Source: Candidatus Saccharimonadota bacterium (GTDB lineage Bacteria; Patescibacteriota; Saccharimonadia; Saccharimonadales; UBA4665). Taken from it: a DNA stretch of 32,000 bases. A program made the translations under genes and the position numbers. Shown here in pieces: positions 15,915 through 24,685 of this stretch (positions are counted from its first letter, which is position 1; each line of letters starts with the position of its first letter). The stretch covers positions 1,080,001 through 1,112,000 of the forward strand of contig CP064993.1 of NCBI GenBank assembly GCA_016699955.1, in the 5' to 3' direction. A model generated the notes under the pieces. That model saw only the letters and a list, made by a program, of their open reading frames with translations, was not told the DNA's origin and made no database searches.

Positions 15915-16991
15915 CTATACTTGAGTAATTGCTACTGTGGCAAGTTTGTTTTTTTCCGCAGTGTCCTGGTGACGGATTTCTTCGGCTATGGCCATATTGA
16001 TCACTGCCAATAAGAGCAAGTTGAACATAAAGCCAGGCAACGCCCCAAACTCTACACGGCTGAACTCAAAAAATTGGGTAAGTAACAAATTTATTAATGT
16101 GGCGCGGCGAAACCACTCAAATGCGCGCAGCCGTGAGCGACCAAGCCAGACCAAACCCACCACAATACATGCCGCTGAAACGAGTGTCGTTACAAGCTGG
16201 CCAATTACTAGGCTGTGGCCGTAGTCTGCCTTGCCCGCAAAAAAATCGCGCACATCACTAAGATTGGCATACATTGCTCCAACGATCGCAAAAACAAAGG
16301 CTAGCGTTTCAAGCACAAAAAACCATCTAACGAGTATTGAAGATGAGCGTCGTTTCCACAGGCGCGCATAGGCTCTCGTAAACCGACGCCTCTGACGGGT
16401 ATAAAAACCCTGTTTATGCGTTGGAGAGACGGGCAATGCCCTAAGCAGCTGAGTAAGCTTTATAGTCAGAATTGCCTGTTGGTCTGCTTGCTCGAGCAGT
16501 TTTCGTGTGGCAGCACGTTCGCGGATATCCATGTCCTGGTGGACGGCTTCTTCAAGCTGGCGCAAGGCACTAAGTTGGTATTCTTCGCTTGTCAGTTTGC
16601 GCGTACGAGTCAGGAACGAAATCGTAAGATAAAGCGCAACAAAAATTGCATATATAATGCCCACCGCTGGCCGATAAAAATAGTCGTTGTCCCGAGTAAT
16701 TAGTTTACCAATTTCGTCAATAAATACTCCGAACCCAACACCTGCCGTAAACGCTACGACCCGCTGAATAGCCCTACCTAAGAACGCAATGTTGAGCATA
16801 AACGCGATAAGCATTATTACCCCGCCCCAAAGTACATGTGCAATGTGGTATTTGGTCCCGCCAACAATCGGGTATCCTGTTACGTGCAAGTAAAAACGCA
16901 GTAGTAGTATGCTGGTAACGGCGGAAACTAAAAATAAGTCAAATAACCCGCGCGAAGCGCTACTTCGAATAAAAACACGGTGCCGCTGCAT
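15915..16991 (-). CDS. Polytopic membrane protein of unknown function
   Basis: 358 aa. It has about 4 N-terminal TM helices, a charged helical cytoplasmic segment (EEYQLSALRQLEEAVHQDMDIRERAATRKLLEQ) and about 4 C-terminal TM helices. A TATACT box (17004-16999) lies 7 nt upstream of the ATG. Confidence 0.7.
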   Translation of the reverse strand: MQRHRVFIRSSASRGLFDLFLVSAVTSILLLRFYLHVTGYPIVGGTKYHIAHVLWGGVIMLIAFMLNIAFLGRAIQRVVAFTAGVGFGVFIDEIGKLITRDNDYFYRPAVGIIYAIFVALYLTISFLTRTRKLTSEEYQLSALRQLEEAVHQDMDIRERAATRKLLEQADQQAILTIKLTQLLRALPVSPTHKQGFYTRQRRRFTRAYARLWKRRSSSILVRWFFVLETLAFVFAIVGAMYANLSDVRDFFAGKADYGHSLVIGQLVTTLVSAACIVVGLVWLGRSRLRAFEWFRRATLINLLLTQFFEFSRVEFGALPGFMFNLLLLAVINMAIAEEIRHQDTAEKNKLATVAITQV

Positions 16992-17197
16992 ATCAGTTAG
17001 TATACATAACTAACCTTAGTTCGGCGTAAAAACGTCACACCGGGCGGGGGACATTTGCCTCCCTTCAGCTTTACGGAAATATCCAAAAAGCTGGTTTGCT
17101 CCGCTCATTTTGATGGAAAAATAGGAAAAGCCAGTGGCAGTTATGTTGAACTGAGGTTGGACATTATGTGTGCCAGGTTGCGCGATACATAAGCGCC

Positions 17198-18892
17198 ATG
17201 TCACAATATACATTAATGGAATCAACCATATTTTTACAACTGGCTGCCGTGCTCGCTGTTGCTGCCGGAATTTCCATCATTATGCGCCTACTGCGTCAGC
17301 CGCTTATTATTGGCTACATTCTTTCCGGTATCATTTGTGGTCCCTCGCTGTTTGACCTTATACATAACCACGAAGCATTTGAGTCGTTTAGCCAGATTGG
17401 CATTGCATTACTGCTTTTTATCGTAGGACTTGGGCTAAATGTTGCCGTCATACGCAGTACCGGTAAGCCAGTCTTCCTGGTTTTTTTCTTAAACGTGTTT
17501 TTTGTTGGCACGGCGGGTTACGGTGTCGGTCATTTCCTTGGCATGGAACCACTTGAGTCGGCTCTTGTTGGTCTTGCACTCGTGTTTAGCAGCACCATCG
17601 TTGTTGTCAAGTCGCTCATAGACAAACGAGAACAGCACCGACTGTACGGTCAGATTGCCATAGGTGTATTGCTTGTAGAAGATATTGCTGCGACCGTCAT
17701 GCTGGTGTTTATCGCGGCGGCAAACACTGGAGGAGGTGCTGAAGCGCTGTACGGACTTTTAGGGAAAGGCTTGCTGCTCGGCGGAGTGCTCACTTTTACT
17801 GGTTGGTTTATTCTGTCCCGGCTGGTCAAATTTTTTGCGAGCAACCAAGAGTTTTTGTTTACCTTTGCCCTCGCGTGGGCATTTAGCGTTGCGGCAGTGT
17901 TTGAAATGAGCGGTTTTTCTATGGAAGTTGGGGCGCTTTTTGCGGGCGTTTCCCTTGCCTCGCTTCCCTACGCTCAAGAAATTAGCACACGGCTTAAGCC
18001 ACTTCGGGATTTCTTTTTGCTCCTCTTTTTTATAAGTCTAGGAGGAACATTAACGCTTGGAAACCTATCTGATGCTATTTTGCCAGCTCTGCTTTTTTCG
18101 GTTATCGCCATTGTTGTCAAACCATTTAGTGTTTCGACAAGTCTTGGGTTACTTGGCTACACAAAGCAGACAGGTTTCAAAGTAGGCTCACACCTTTCAC
18201 AGACCAGTGAGTTTTCGATTATCATGCTGACGCTGGCGGCCGCAGATGGCTTTGCTAGCGAACGAGCAGTGGGCATTTTGACGATCACAACATTCATTAC
18301 AATTGGCATTTCAACCTATCTTATGCAGTATGATGATGAGCTATACCGTATATTTGCACGCTTTTTGAGTGTGTTTGAGAAACGAAATGTCTTGCACGAA
18401 AAAGACAAAACGCCAGACTACAAATTGTTTTTGTTTGGGTATCACAAAGGCGGTCACGAATTTGTCAACACCTTCAGGGACATGCGAAAGCGGTACGTTG
18501 TCGTGGACTATGACCCAGAGGTAATCGAAACACTTGAGCGGCAACATATTAACCACGTTTACGGCGACGCAACAGATTACGAGTTACTGGGCGAGCTCGG
18601 CGTCGGTAAAGGTGAGATGGTCGCCAGCATACTGCCGGGTCACACAACCAACCGTGAACTTTTAAAGTTCTATCTGAAACACAACCCAGATGGCATATTT
18701 ATTTGCCACGCAACGAACTACGACAATGCAGCCGACCTATACGAGCACGGCGCATCCTACGTCATGCTACCTCACTTTATTGGCAGCGAAAAAATGAGCG
18801 CCTTCATCCGCAAAAACGGCAGCGAAAAAGCCGCCTTCGACACCTACCGCAAAAAACACATCATCACACTCGGCCAAGCGGCCATCACCTAG
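17198..18892 (+). CDS. CPA2-family monovalent cation:proton antiporter with C-terminal RCK/TrkA-N domain (Kef/YbaL-like)
   Basis: It has an N-terminal exchanger domain (LRQPLIIGYILSGIICGPSLF, ...FSQIGIALLLFIVGLGL) with ~12 TM helices. The C-terminal Rossmann-like part reads LFLFGYHKGGHEFVNTF...YVVVDYDPEVIETLERQHINHVYGDATDYELL. The first ATG (17198) was used; the track ORF starts at GTG 17168. Confidence 0.85.
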   Translation: MSQYTLMESTIFLQLAAVLAVAAGISIIMRLLRQPLIIGYILSGIICGPSLFDLIHNHEAFESFSQIGIALLLFIVGLGLNVAVIRSTGKPVFLVFFLNVFFVGTAGYGVGHFLGMEPLESALVGLALVFSSTIVVVKSLIDKREQHRLYGQIAIGVLLVEDIAATVMLVFIAAANTGGGAEALYGLLGKGLLLGGVLTFTGWFILSRLVKFFASNQEFLFTFALAWAFSVAAVFEMSGFSMEVGALFAGVSLASLPYAQEISTRLKPLRDFFLLLFFISLGGTLTLGNLSDAILPALLFSVIAIVVKPFSVSTSLGLLGYTKQTGFKVGSHLSQTSEFSIIMLTLAAADGFASERAVGILTITTFITIGISTYLMQYDDELYRIFARFLSVFEKRNVLHEKDKTPDYKLFLFGYHKGGHEFVNTFRDMRKRYVVVDYDPEVIETLERQHINHVYGDATDYELLGELGVGKGEMVASILPGHTTNRELLKFYLKHNPDGIFICHATNYDNAADLYEHGASYVMLPHFIGSEKMSAFIRKNGSEKAAFDTYRKKHIITLGQAAIT

Positions 18893-19452
18893 GAAAGATT
18901 ACTTATACCTTCTGGAGCCAGTATAAGGGTCCGTGCATTTGCAAGCGTAGTCGCCATTTTATCACGTACTTCTGTAAATTCTCTGCCTCTAAGGTCTCGC
19001 AGACTATTAGGCTCCAAAAAAAGTAAATCGATCGCTTGGTTTGCGCTGCTTACTGTTTCTGCTGTTACAGTCCCTCCAAGAGCATGACCATATGCTATAT
19101 AGAATGGTCTTGCAACACCGTCAAAGCGATCATATTGTTCCTTGTAAAATCGTCTTTTTGACTCATCGTCTCCAGCAAACGCGGCTGCTGTTGCTGCTAA
19201 ATGTTCTAGTGATGATTTTCGTGCAGGTAACCATTCAGGTAGAGCACATCTCAGATCTATTTGACAAAAAGTAGTCATCACAGGTTTTAATAAGACCGAT
19301 ACATCAATCCCTTCAGAGCGAGCCCACCCAGCCTTCGGTTTACTACCGAAGCCTGCAGCCACAGCTAATAACCCCACTAATCCTTCGCAGCGCAGAGCCG
19401 CACTTGAGACTACGTCTATATGTTTTACTACCTCATATAATTCTTTTGCCAC
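18889..19452 (-). CDS. Hypothetical soluble helical protein
   Basis: 187 aa ORF with a GTG start preceded by SD AGGAG (7-nt spacer). I recognise no family. Its 3' end overlaps the antiporter gene by 4 bp. Confidence 0.55.
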   Translation of the reverse strand: MAKELYEVVKHIDVVSSAALRCEGLVGLLAVAAGFGSKPKAGWARSEGIDVSVLLKPVMTTFCQIDLRCALPEWLPARKSSLEHLAATAAAFAGDDESKRRFYKEQYDRFDGVARPFYIAYGHALGGTVTAETVSSANQAIDLLFLEPNSLRDLRGREFTEVRDKMATTLANARTLILAPEGISNLS

Positions 19453-19630
19453 AGATAAACTCCTATTTACCTAATTTACAATGTTTTGTGTGTAGGTTCA
19501 AGACTTTCTCAGAATCCAATATCCGACTATACTTACTTTCAAGTACGAAAGCTCGCGGGGCTGATGTAACGGTCGGGCGAGGGAGTGGCACTCAGTATGG
19601 AACAACAACCCTTTTTGAGGAGTGCTTTTT

Positions 19631-20317
19631 ATGCAAAAAATGCGCAATTACAGATACTATGATTTGTTTGTGGCGGCAAGCGTGGCGACGTTGATTATTT
19701 CTAATTTGGGAGCAATGAAGCTGGTTGCCATTGGCCCAATAATCACCGATGGCGGCGCCATTCTTTTTCCGCTTGCTTACATTTTGGGCGACGTTATGAC
19801 TGAGGTGTACGGCTACAAGCACACACGTCGAGCCATCTGGGTAAGCTTCACTTGGCTATTACTCATGATAGCTGTTCTTGGCATTGTGCAGCACATGCCT
19901 GCTGTAGACGGCGCGCCAAATGTGGCGGAGTTTAACGCGGTGTTTGGATTTGTCCCACGGATAGTGGCGGCTAGCCTCCTTGCATACCTAGTAGGTGAGT
20001 TTGTAAATTCGTTCATACTGGCCAAAATGAAAATTCGTGCCAAAGGCAAACACCTGTGGCAACGACTTGTTGCCTCAACAATTCTGGGCGAGGCGATAGA
20101 TACTACCATTTTCTGCATGGTGGCATTTTACGGTCTCATCACTGGTGCGCAAATGGTGAATTACATACTTGTAGGTATAGCTTTCAAAATCACCGTAGAA
20201 ACACTCATGCTTCCTGTAACCTACCGCGTGATAGGTTGGCTAAAAACCCGCGAACAGACCGATCATTACGACAAGCAAACTAACTTTAACCCCCTTAGCG
20301 TTCAGCTCGACGACTAG
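19631..20317 (+). CDS. yhhQ: Queuosine-precursor transporter (YhhQ/COG1738 family)
   Basis: The YhhQ pattern YYDLFVAASVATLIISNLGAMKLV...GGAILFPLAYILGDVMTEVYGYKHTRRAIW is present, with ~6 TM helices. SD GAGGAG (19617-19622) lies 8 nt before ATG 19631; the track ORF starts at GTG 19622. Confidence 0.85.
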   Translation: MQKMRNYRYYDLFVAASVATLIISNLGAMKLVAIGPIITDGGAILFPLAYILGDVMTEVYGYKHTRRAIWVSFTWLLLMIAVLGIVQHMPAVDGAPNVAEFNAVFGFVPRIVAASLLAYLVGEFVNSFILAKMKIRAKGKHLWQRLVASTILGEAIDTTIFCMVAFYGLITGAQMVNYILVGIAFKITVETLMLPVTYRVIGWLKTREQTDHYDKQTNFNPLSVQLDD

Positions 20318-20436
20318 CTCCTTAACCCGAAACAGGCTAAGCGGGCGAAACTCACCGTTCCCAAAGGCTTCGCTCTCGCTTGCCTAACGCCTGCGGCGCA
20401 ACCAGTCACGCACTGATAGATGGTGCGAAAAACAGG

Positions 20437-21657
20437 TTATTTTCGACCGTGGTAATACTGGGCGAGCCAGCTGTCGCGAAAAGCGTAGAAGCTGCCGTCT
20501 TCTATACTTGCCCGCATGTTGTCAACTAGGCCAACAATGAAATGCTCGTTGTGTATGGACATGAGGGTATTGGCCAAAAGTTCTTTTGCGCGGAACAAGT
20601 GTTGCACATACGCTCTGGTGAAATTTTGGCATGTGTAACAGAGGCAGTCTGCAAGCAGTGGCGTAAAGTCCTGTTTATACATGGCACCTCGAATGTTTTT
20701 CCGTCCCTCAAATGTGTAAAACGCACCGTTACGTCCGACGCGGGTCGGCGAAACACAATCAAAAGTGTCGACACCGTGCTCAACGGCAGCAAACATATCA
20801 TCAGGTTCACTTATACCAAGCATGTGTTTTGGTCGGTCTTCTGGCAAGATTTCGTTACACCATTGCACAATTTCACCTAGCTTCTGCTTTTCGATAGCAC
20901 CGCCAATACCGTAGCCGTCAAATTCTCGCTCGGCCATCCACGTGGCAGTTTCTCGGCGTAAATCTTCGTAATTTGCTCCCTGAAGTACGCCGAACACAGC
21001 CTGATACGGTCGTACGGGGTGGTTTTTGCGCAAGCGCTGCATTTCACGTAAGCTCCGTTGCGCCCACGGTTGGGTACGTTCACGCATTGATTCTTCTTGG
21101 TAAGCACGTGTGTCCATAAGTGACGTGAGCTCATCAAACGCAAAACAAATATCTGCACCAATTCCGTGCTGAATTTGAACAGAATGTTCCGGCGTAAAAC
21201 GGTGCATCGAACCATCGAGGTACGATTTGAAATTTACGCCGTCAGTGTCTACCCAAGCCTGACGTTCCTTGCGTGGCGCAATCACATCATCGGCCGAGAT
21301 ACCCTCAACATCCATGCTAAGCGTTTTTTTAAAGCCACTACCCAAACTTAAAACCTGAAACCCACCGCTATCGGTAAATGTTGGACCTTCCCAGTGCGTG
21401 AACTTTGCTAGCCCCCCTGCTTTTTCGATAAGGTCTGGTCCCGGCTGAAGATATAAGTGGTAGGCGTTTGCAAGCATTGCCTGAGCACCCGTGCCCCGCA
21501 CTTGCTCAGGCGTCATAGCTTTTACGCTCGCTTTTGTACCAACAACCACAAACGCTGGCGTTTTTATGTCGCCATGCGGCGTATGAATCACACCTGTCCG
21601 AGCCAGCGCACCCTTAAGCCGCGAATGAACGACATACGAAAACGGCTTTTGGCTCAT
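20437..21657 (-). CDS. tgt: tRNA-guanine transglycosylase (queuine tRNA-ribosyltransferase)
   Basis: 406 aa with TPAFVVVGTKASVK, LANAYHLYLQPG, TDSGGFQVLSL, GGAIEKQKLG and the zinc site CLCYTCQNFTRAYVQHL. Confidence 0.95.
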   Translation of the reverse strand: MSQKPFSYVVHSRLKGALARTGVIHTPHGDIKTPAFVVVGTKASVKAMTPEQVRGTGAQAMLANAYHLYLQPGPDLIEKAGGLAKFTHWEGPTFTDSGGFQVLSLGSGFKKTLSMDVEGISADDVIAPRKERQAWVDTDGVNFKSYLDGSMHRFTPEHSVQIQHGIGADICFAFDELTSLMDTRAYQEESMRERTQPWAQRSLREMQRLRKNHPVRPYQAVFGVLQGANYEDLRRETATWMAEREFDGYGIGGAIEKQKLGEIVQWCNEILPEDRPKHMLGISEPDDMFAAVEHGVDTFDCVSPTRVGRNGAFYTFEGRKNIRGAMYKQDFTPLLADCLCYTCQNFTRAYVQHLFRAKELLANTLMSIHNEHFIVGLVDNMRASIEDGSFYAFRDSWLAQYYHGRK

Positions 21658-22712
21658 TGCTTGACTTCGCCGGTCTCCAACTTTTTGCGAACGCGAACAG
21701 AGGCGGCTATAGATGCGCCAATAATACCTATGCCGGCCAGACCAGGAATGAGTTCCGGGATGTGGTAGAGTGCGCTAAAGAGCATAATTATTGCCAGCAC
21801 AAGTACGGTGTAATGCGCGCCGTGTTCCAGATAGATAAAGTTCTTTAGTGTCCCTCGCCGTACCATAAAAACAGTCATAGAACGCACCCAGATAGCCCCA
21901 ATACCTAGCCCCGCCGCAATCAGCACGACATTACTGGTGATGGCAAATGCACCGATAACACCGTCAAAGCTAAAGCTTGCGTCGAGAATTTCCAGGTACA
22001 CAAAACTCATAAAAGCTGCCAGCCCCACTTGTTTGACGGCAGATTTTTTTGCATCAACGCCCTGATATTTTTCAATTATTTTTATCGCACCATGTATAAG
22101 TAAGTACGTTAGCGTACCGAAACCACCCGCCAAAAAAGTTGTCCTGGCGTGTGAGTTTATGGGCAACATGGCAACGCCAAAGAGCAATATCGTAGTCACA
22201 ACCGACGGCCACGCCCAGTGAGATAAGCGCTTTAGATGCCCCTCGATATGCTTAATCCACATGGTGTTTCGCTCATCGCTGAAGAAAAAGTGGAAAGCAA
22301 GCATGAGCAAAAATGCTCCACCAAATGCAGAAATGGTCGGATGTGCTTCATCCAAATGCTGCGCATACTCCTTGGGATTGTTCAGCGCTAGATCAAGGAC
22401 TGTTTTCCAGCCAAGGTCGGCTGTAATGGACACAATCAGTATAGGGAACACTACCCTCATACCAAAAATGGCTATGAAAATACCGACTGTCAAAAACAGC
22501 ATTTGCCAAAATGGACTCATGCGTTCGAGAATTTTGGCATTGATAATGGCATTGTCGAAGCTAAATGTCAGCTCAACCACCATAAGAATGATGGTGACAA
22601 ACAGCGCGCCCCAACCGAGACCCCAGGTTATTCCTATTAATGTTGCAACCGTTGCGAAAACTGAAAAACCAAATATGCGAAATGCTGAATGTTCATGTAG
22701 TAAATGTTTCAT
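21654..22712 (-). CDS. DUF475 / TerC-like integral membrane protein
   Basis: 352 aa polytopic protein with two copies of the ELTFSFDNAIINA / LEILDASFSFDGVIGAF motif typical of DUF475 (TerC-related). A TATACT box (22726-22721) lies 8 nt upstream of the ATG. There is a 4-bp overlap with the tgt start. Confidence 0.75.
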   Translation of the reverse strand: MKHLLHEHSAFRIFGFSVFATVATLIGITWGLGWGALFVTIILMVVELTFSFDNAIINAKILERMSPFWQMLFLTVGIFIAIFGMRVVFPILIVSITADLGWKTVLDLALNNPKEYAQHLDEAHPTISAFGGAFLLMLAFHFFFSDERNTMWIKHIEGHLKRLSHWAWPSVVTTILLFGVAMLPINSHARTTFLAGGFGTLTYLLIHGAIKIIEKYQGVDAKKSAVKQVGLAAFMSFVYLEILDASFSFDGVIGAFAITSNVVLIAAGLGIGAIWVRSMTVFMVRRGTLKNFIYLEHGAHYTVLVLAIIMLFSALYHIPELIPGLAGIGIIGASIAASVRVRKKLETGEVKQ

Positions 22713-22745
22713 ATAGCACTAGTATACAGGGTTAGTGCCCAAGAG

Positions 22746-23672
22746 CTAAAGCCATTTATTGCGGCGAAAAATAATTACAGCCAGTGTCGAAAGTCCTAGC
22801 ACTATCCCAATCACAATTAAAAATGCGTGTGAATTGCTTGCAAATGGCACTGCCACATTCATACCCCACAGTCCACCCACAATAGTCGGTATGGTCAGGA
22901 ATATCGCAATAGACGTCAGGCGTTTAAAAGTAGCGTTTAGGTTTGTTGTCGCAATAGCATCGTAGGCTTGCCGCATATTCATAAGCGTACGGAGCCGTCC
23001 TTGCACCTGCCCTATCAGCTCGCCCGTGCTGCGTTCTATGTCCTCAATCATGTCGCGGTCATCTTCGTAGAGTCGAAGGTATTTGCCCCCCAGCAATGCG
23101 CTGAACAGGAGCGCTTGGGGCTGCAGAGCCGACAGGAACTCGTTAAGGTCTTCCTCGAGCTCTATAATGCGGACAAACTCTTTTGCGCTCAGCCGAGACT
23201 GACGCATATCTGCCCGCGTTTGTAGCACCCGCCGTGCAACTTTTGTTAAATGTTTTTCGTAGGACGTATTTATTTCTGCAAGCATCCAAAGCACTGTTTT
23301 GGCTTTTTGGGTGGTTACAAACTCAAGCTGATCACGCACTAGCCGGTCGAGAATGGATGTTTCTATGCGCGAAACGGTGAAAATATAGTCGCTTGTGTAA
23401 ACGATAAGCAGCGGCTCGGTCGCAATCTCAATACCTTCGGGGTGACAATAACGTGTATATATGTACACCGCGCCTTGGTCGGTCTCGACACGTGGTGCTT
23501 CGTATATATCAATAGCGTCCTCAAGATTGTCTTTGTTAAGGCCGTACGTTTCAGAAAGCATGTTCAGCTCATCGTCTGACGGCGCAGTAACAGCCACCCA
23601 TGACCCAGCACGAGACTGCTCAAGTATTTGAAGCGCTCGCTCTCGAGCACGGCTGTAATAAATAGTAATCAT
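22746..23672 (-). CDS. corA: CorA-family magnesium/cobalt transporter
   Basis: 308 aa with a cytoplasmic N-domain and two C-terminal TM helices. The GMN signature is present (LTIPTIVGGLWGMNVAVPF). Confidence 0.85.
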   Translation of the reverse strand: MITIYYSRARERALQILEQSRAGSWVAVTAPSDDELNMLSETYGLNKDNLEDAIDIYEAPRVETDQGAVYIYTRYCHPEGIEIATEPLLIVYTSDYIFTVSRIETSILDRLVRDQLEFVTTQKAKTVLWMLAEINTSYEKHLTKVARRVLQTRADMRQSRLSAKEFVRIIELEEDLNEFLSALQPQALLFSALLGGKYLRLYEDDRDMIEDIERSTGELIGQVQGRLRTLMNMRQAYDAIATTNLNATFKRLTSIAIFLTIPTIVGGLWGMNVAVPFASNSHAFLIVIGIVLGLSTLAVIIFRRNKWL

Positions 23673-23733
23673 ATCGGTTTTATCTTACAGCCGCAGTGTA
23701 CCACAAACGGAATGGTTGTACCATAGCATTATA

Positions 23734-23763
23734 TTGACTATTGCACCTTTTTATTGTTACAAT
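23734..23763 (+). promoter_or_regulatory. Candidate promoter TTGACT-N18-TACAAT for the DUF922 gene
   Basis: -35 at 23734-23739 and -10 at 23758-23763. It lies inside the TTG-extended track ORF (23741), arguing against that start. Confidence 0.45.
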
Positions 23764-23797
23764 ACACTCTATTGACTGCTCTGTGCAGCCAGAGGAG

Positions 23798-24685
23798 ATG
23801 GGAATGATTTTAAGTTTTCGGCGTCGCTTAGCGACTGTCGCCGGGTTTATGCGCCTTTTTAACAGACACTCTCAGTTGTTTATACTGTGCCTGCTGATTT
23901 TTTGCATACACACAGATATTCTGCGAATTAGCAGCCACTCACCAGTGCTGCAGTTGGCTGCTATTGCAAAGGCACAAGTTGTGCCTCTCCCTTCCACTGT
24001 ATCATCAACCGACAGTGGGTCGACCGCTGCAACCGCCGAACCTACTGCAGCCGCTCAAACAAGCCCAGCTCTTTCGCAAACAACTATCGTTCTTTCGCAA
24101 AAAACTATTGCAACGTCTCAGGTATGCACCGGGTATGCCTACGCATTGCCGGCTGCAGTGGCGCTTGGTTCGGCCGCGCCTGGCCTATCCCAGCAGATAG
24201 ATGCACCAACCTACTACACAGTGTACGGTTCAAGTGTCAGCTCGTTGCGGAAGGCTGTTACAAACTGCCCCCTGCGCAAAGCTGCCGGGGCGTATCACGC
24301 AGCTACGGCGTACCAACTCAACTGGGCATATACACCGACTGTGACGAACGGTTTTTGTAGCATAACTGATGTCAAGGTCGGCCTCCACGTCAACCAGCTT
24401 ATGCCAGCTTTTTCACCTGGGAATGCCATTTCACCAGAGGTAGCTTCCGCCTGGGATAGTTACGCTCATGCACTCAAAACACATGAAGACGGTCACGCGG
24501 CAATTGACACCAACTACGCCACCCGCCTCACTGTTGCGCTCCAAAATCTCGGCTCGATTGACTGTAACGCCATGACTTCGCAGGTGCAAACAGTTATCGA
24601 CAGCTACGTCGCTATGCTTGACACGGCCAATGAACTTTACGACGCCCAAACCAACCACGGCGCCACCCAGGGCGCAATACTGTAA
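23798..24685 (+). CDS. Membrane-anchored or secreted DUF922-type putative zinc metallopeptidase
   Basis: It has an N-terminal hydrophobic anchor (LFILCLLIFCIH) and a Ser/Thr/Ala-rich linker. The C-terminal domain has YYTVYGSS..., HExxH (KTHEDGHAAID) and a terminal LYDAQTNHGATQGAIL. SD GAGGAG sits at 23792-23797; the true start is ATG 23798 or 23804. Confidence 0.7.
   Translation: MGMILSFRRRLATVAGFMRLFNRHSQLFILCLLIFCIHTDILRISSHSPVLQLAAIAKAQVVPLPSTVSSTDSGSTAATAEPTAAAQTSPALSQTTIVLSQKTIATSQVCTGYAYALPAAVALGSAAPGLSQQIDAPTYYTVYGSSVSSLRKAVTNCPLRKAAGAYHAATAYQLNWAYTPTVTNGFCSITDVKVGLHVNQLMPAFSPGNAISPEVASAWDSYAHALKTHEDGHAAIDTNYATRLTVALQNLGSIDCNAMTSQVQTVIDSYVAMLDTANELYDAQTNHGATQGAIL

Noticed and set aside
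19453-19630. Canonical class I preQ1 aptamer upstream of yhhQ
   Set aside because: I could not place the 5-bp P1 stem, the UUC-containing loop and the AAAAAACUA tail. Only a looser A/C-rich tract and an SD-pairing helix are present. I report it as an open candidate rather than a call.
20318-20436. tRNA or small RNA in the yhhQ/tgt convergent spacer
   Set aside because: There is no cloverleaf-compatible arms or T-loop (GTTCGAATC-like) sequence, and only a 4-bp hairpin.
22713-22745. Mn2+ (yybP-ykoY) riboswitch upstream of the TerC-like gene
   Set aside because: The spacer is only 33 bp, with a -10 box 8 nt from the ATG. An aptamer cannot fit.
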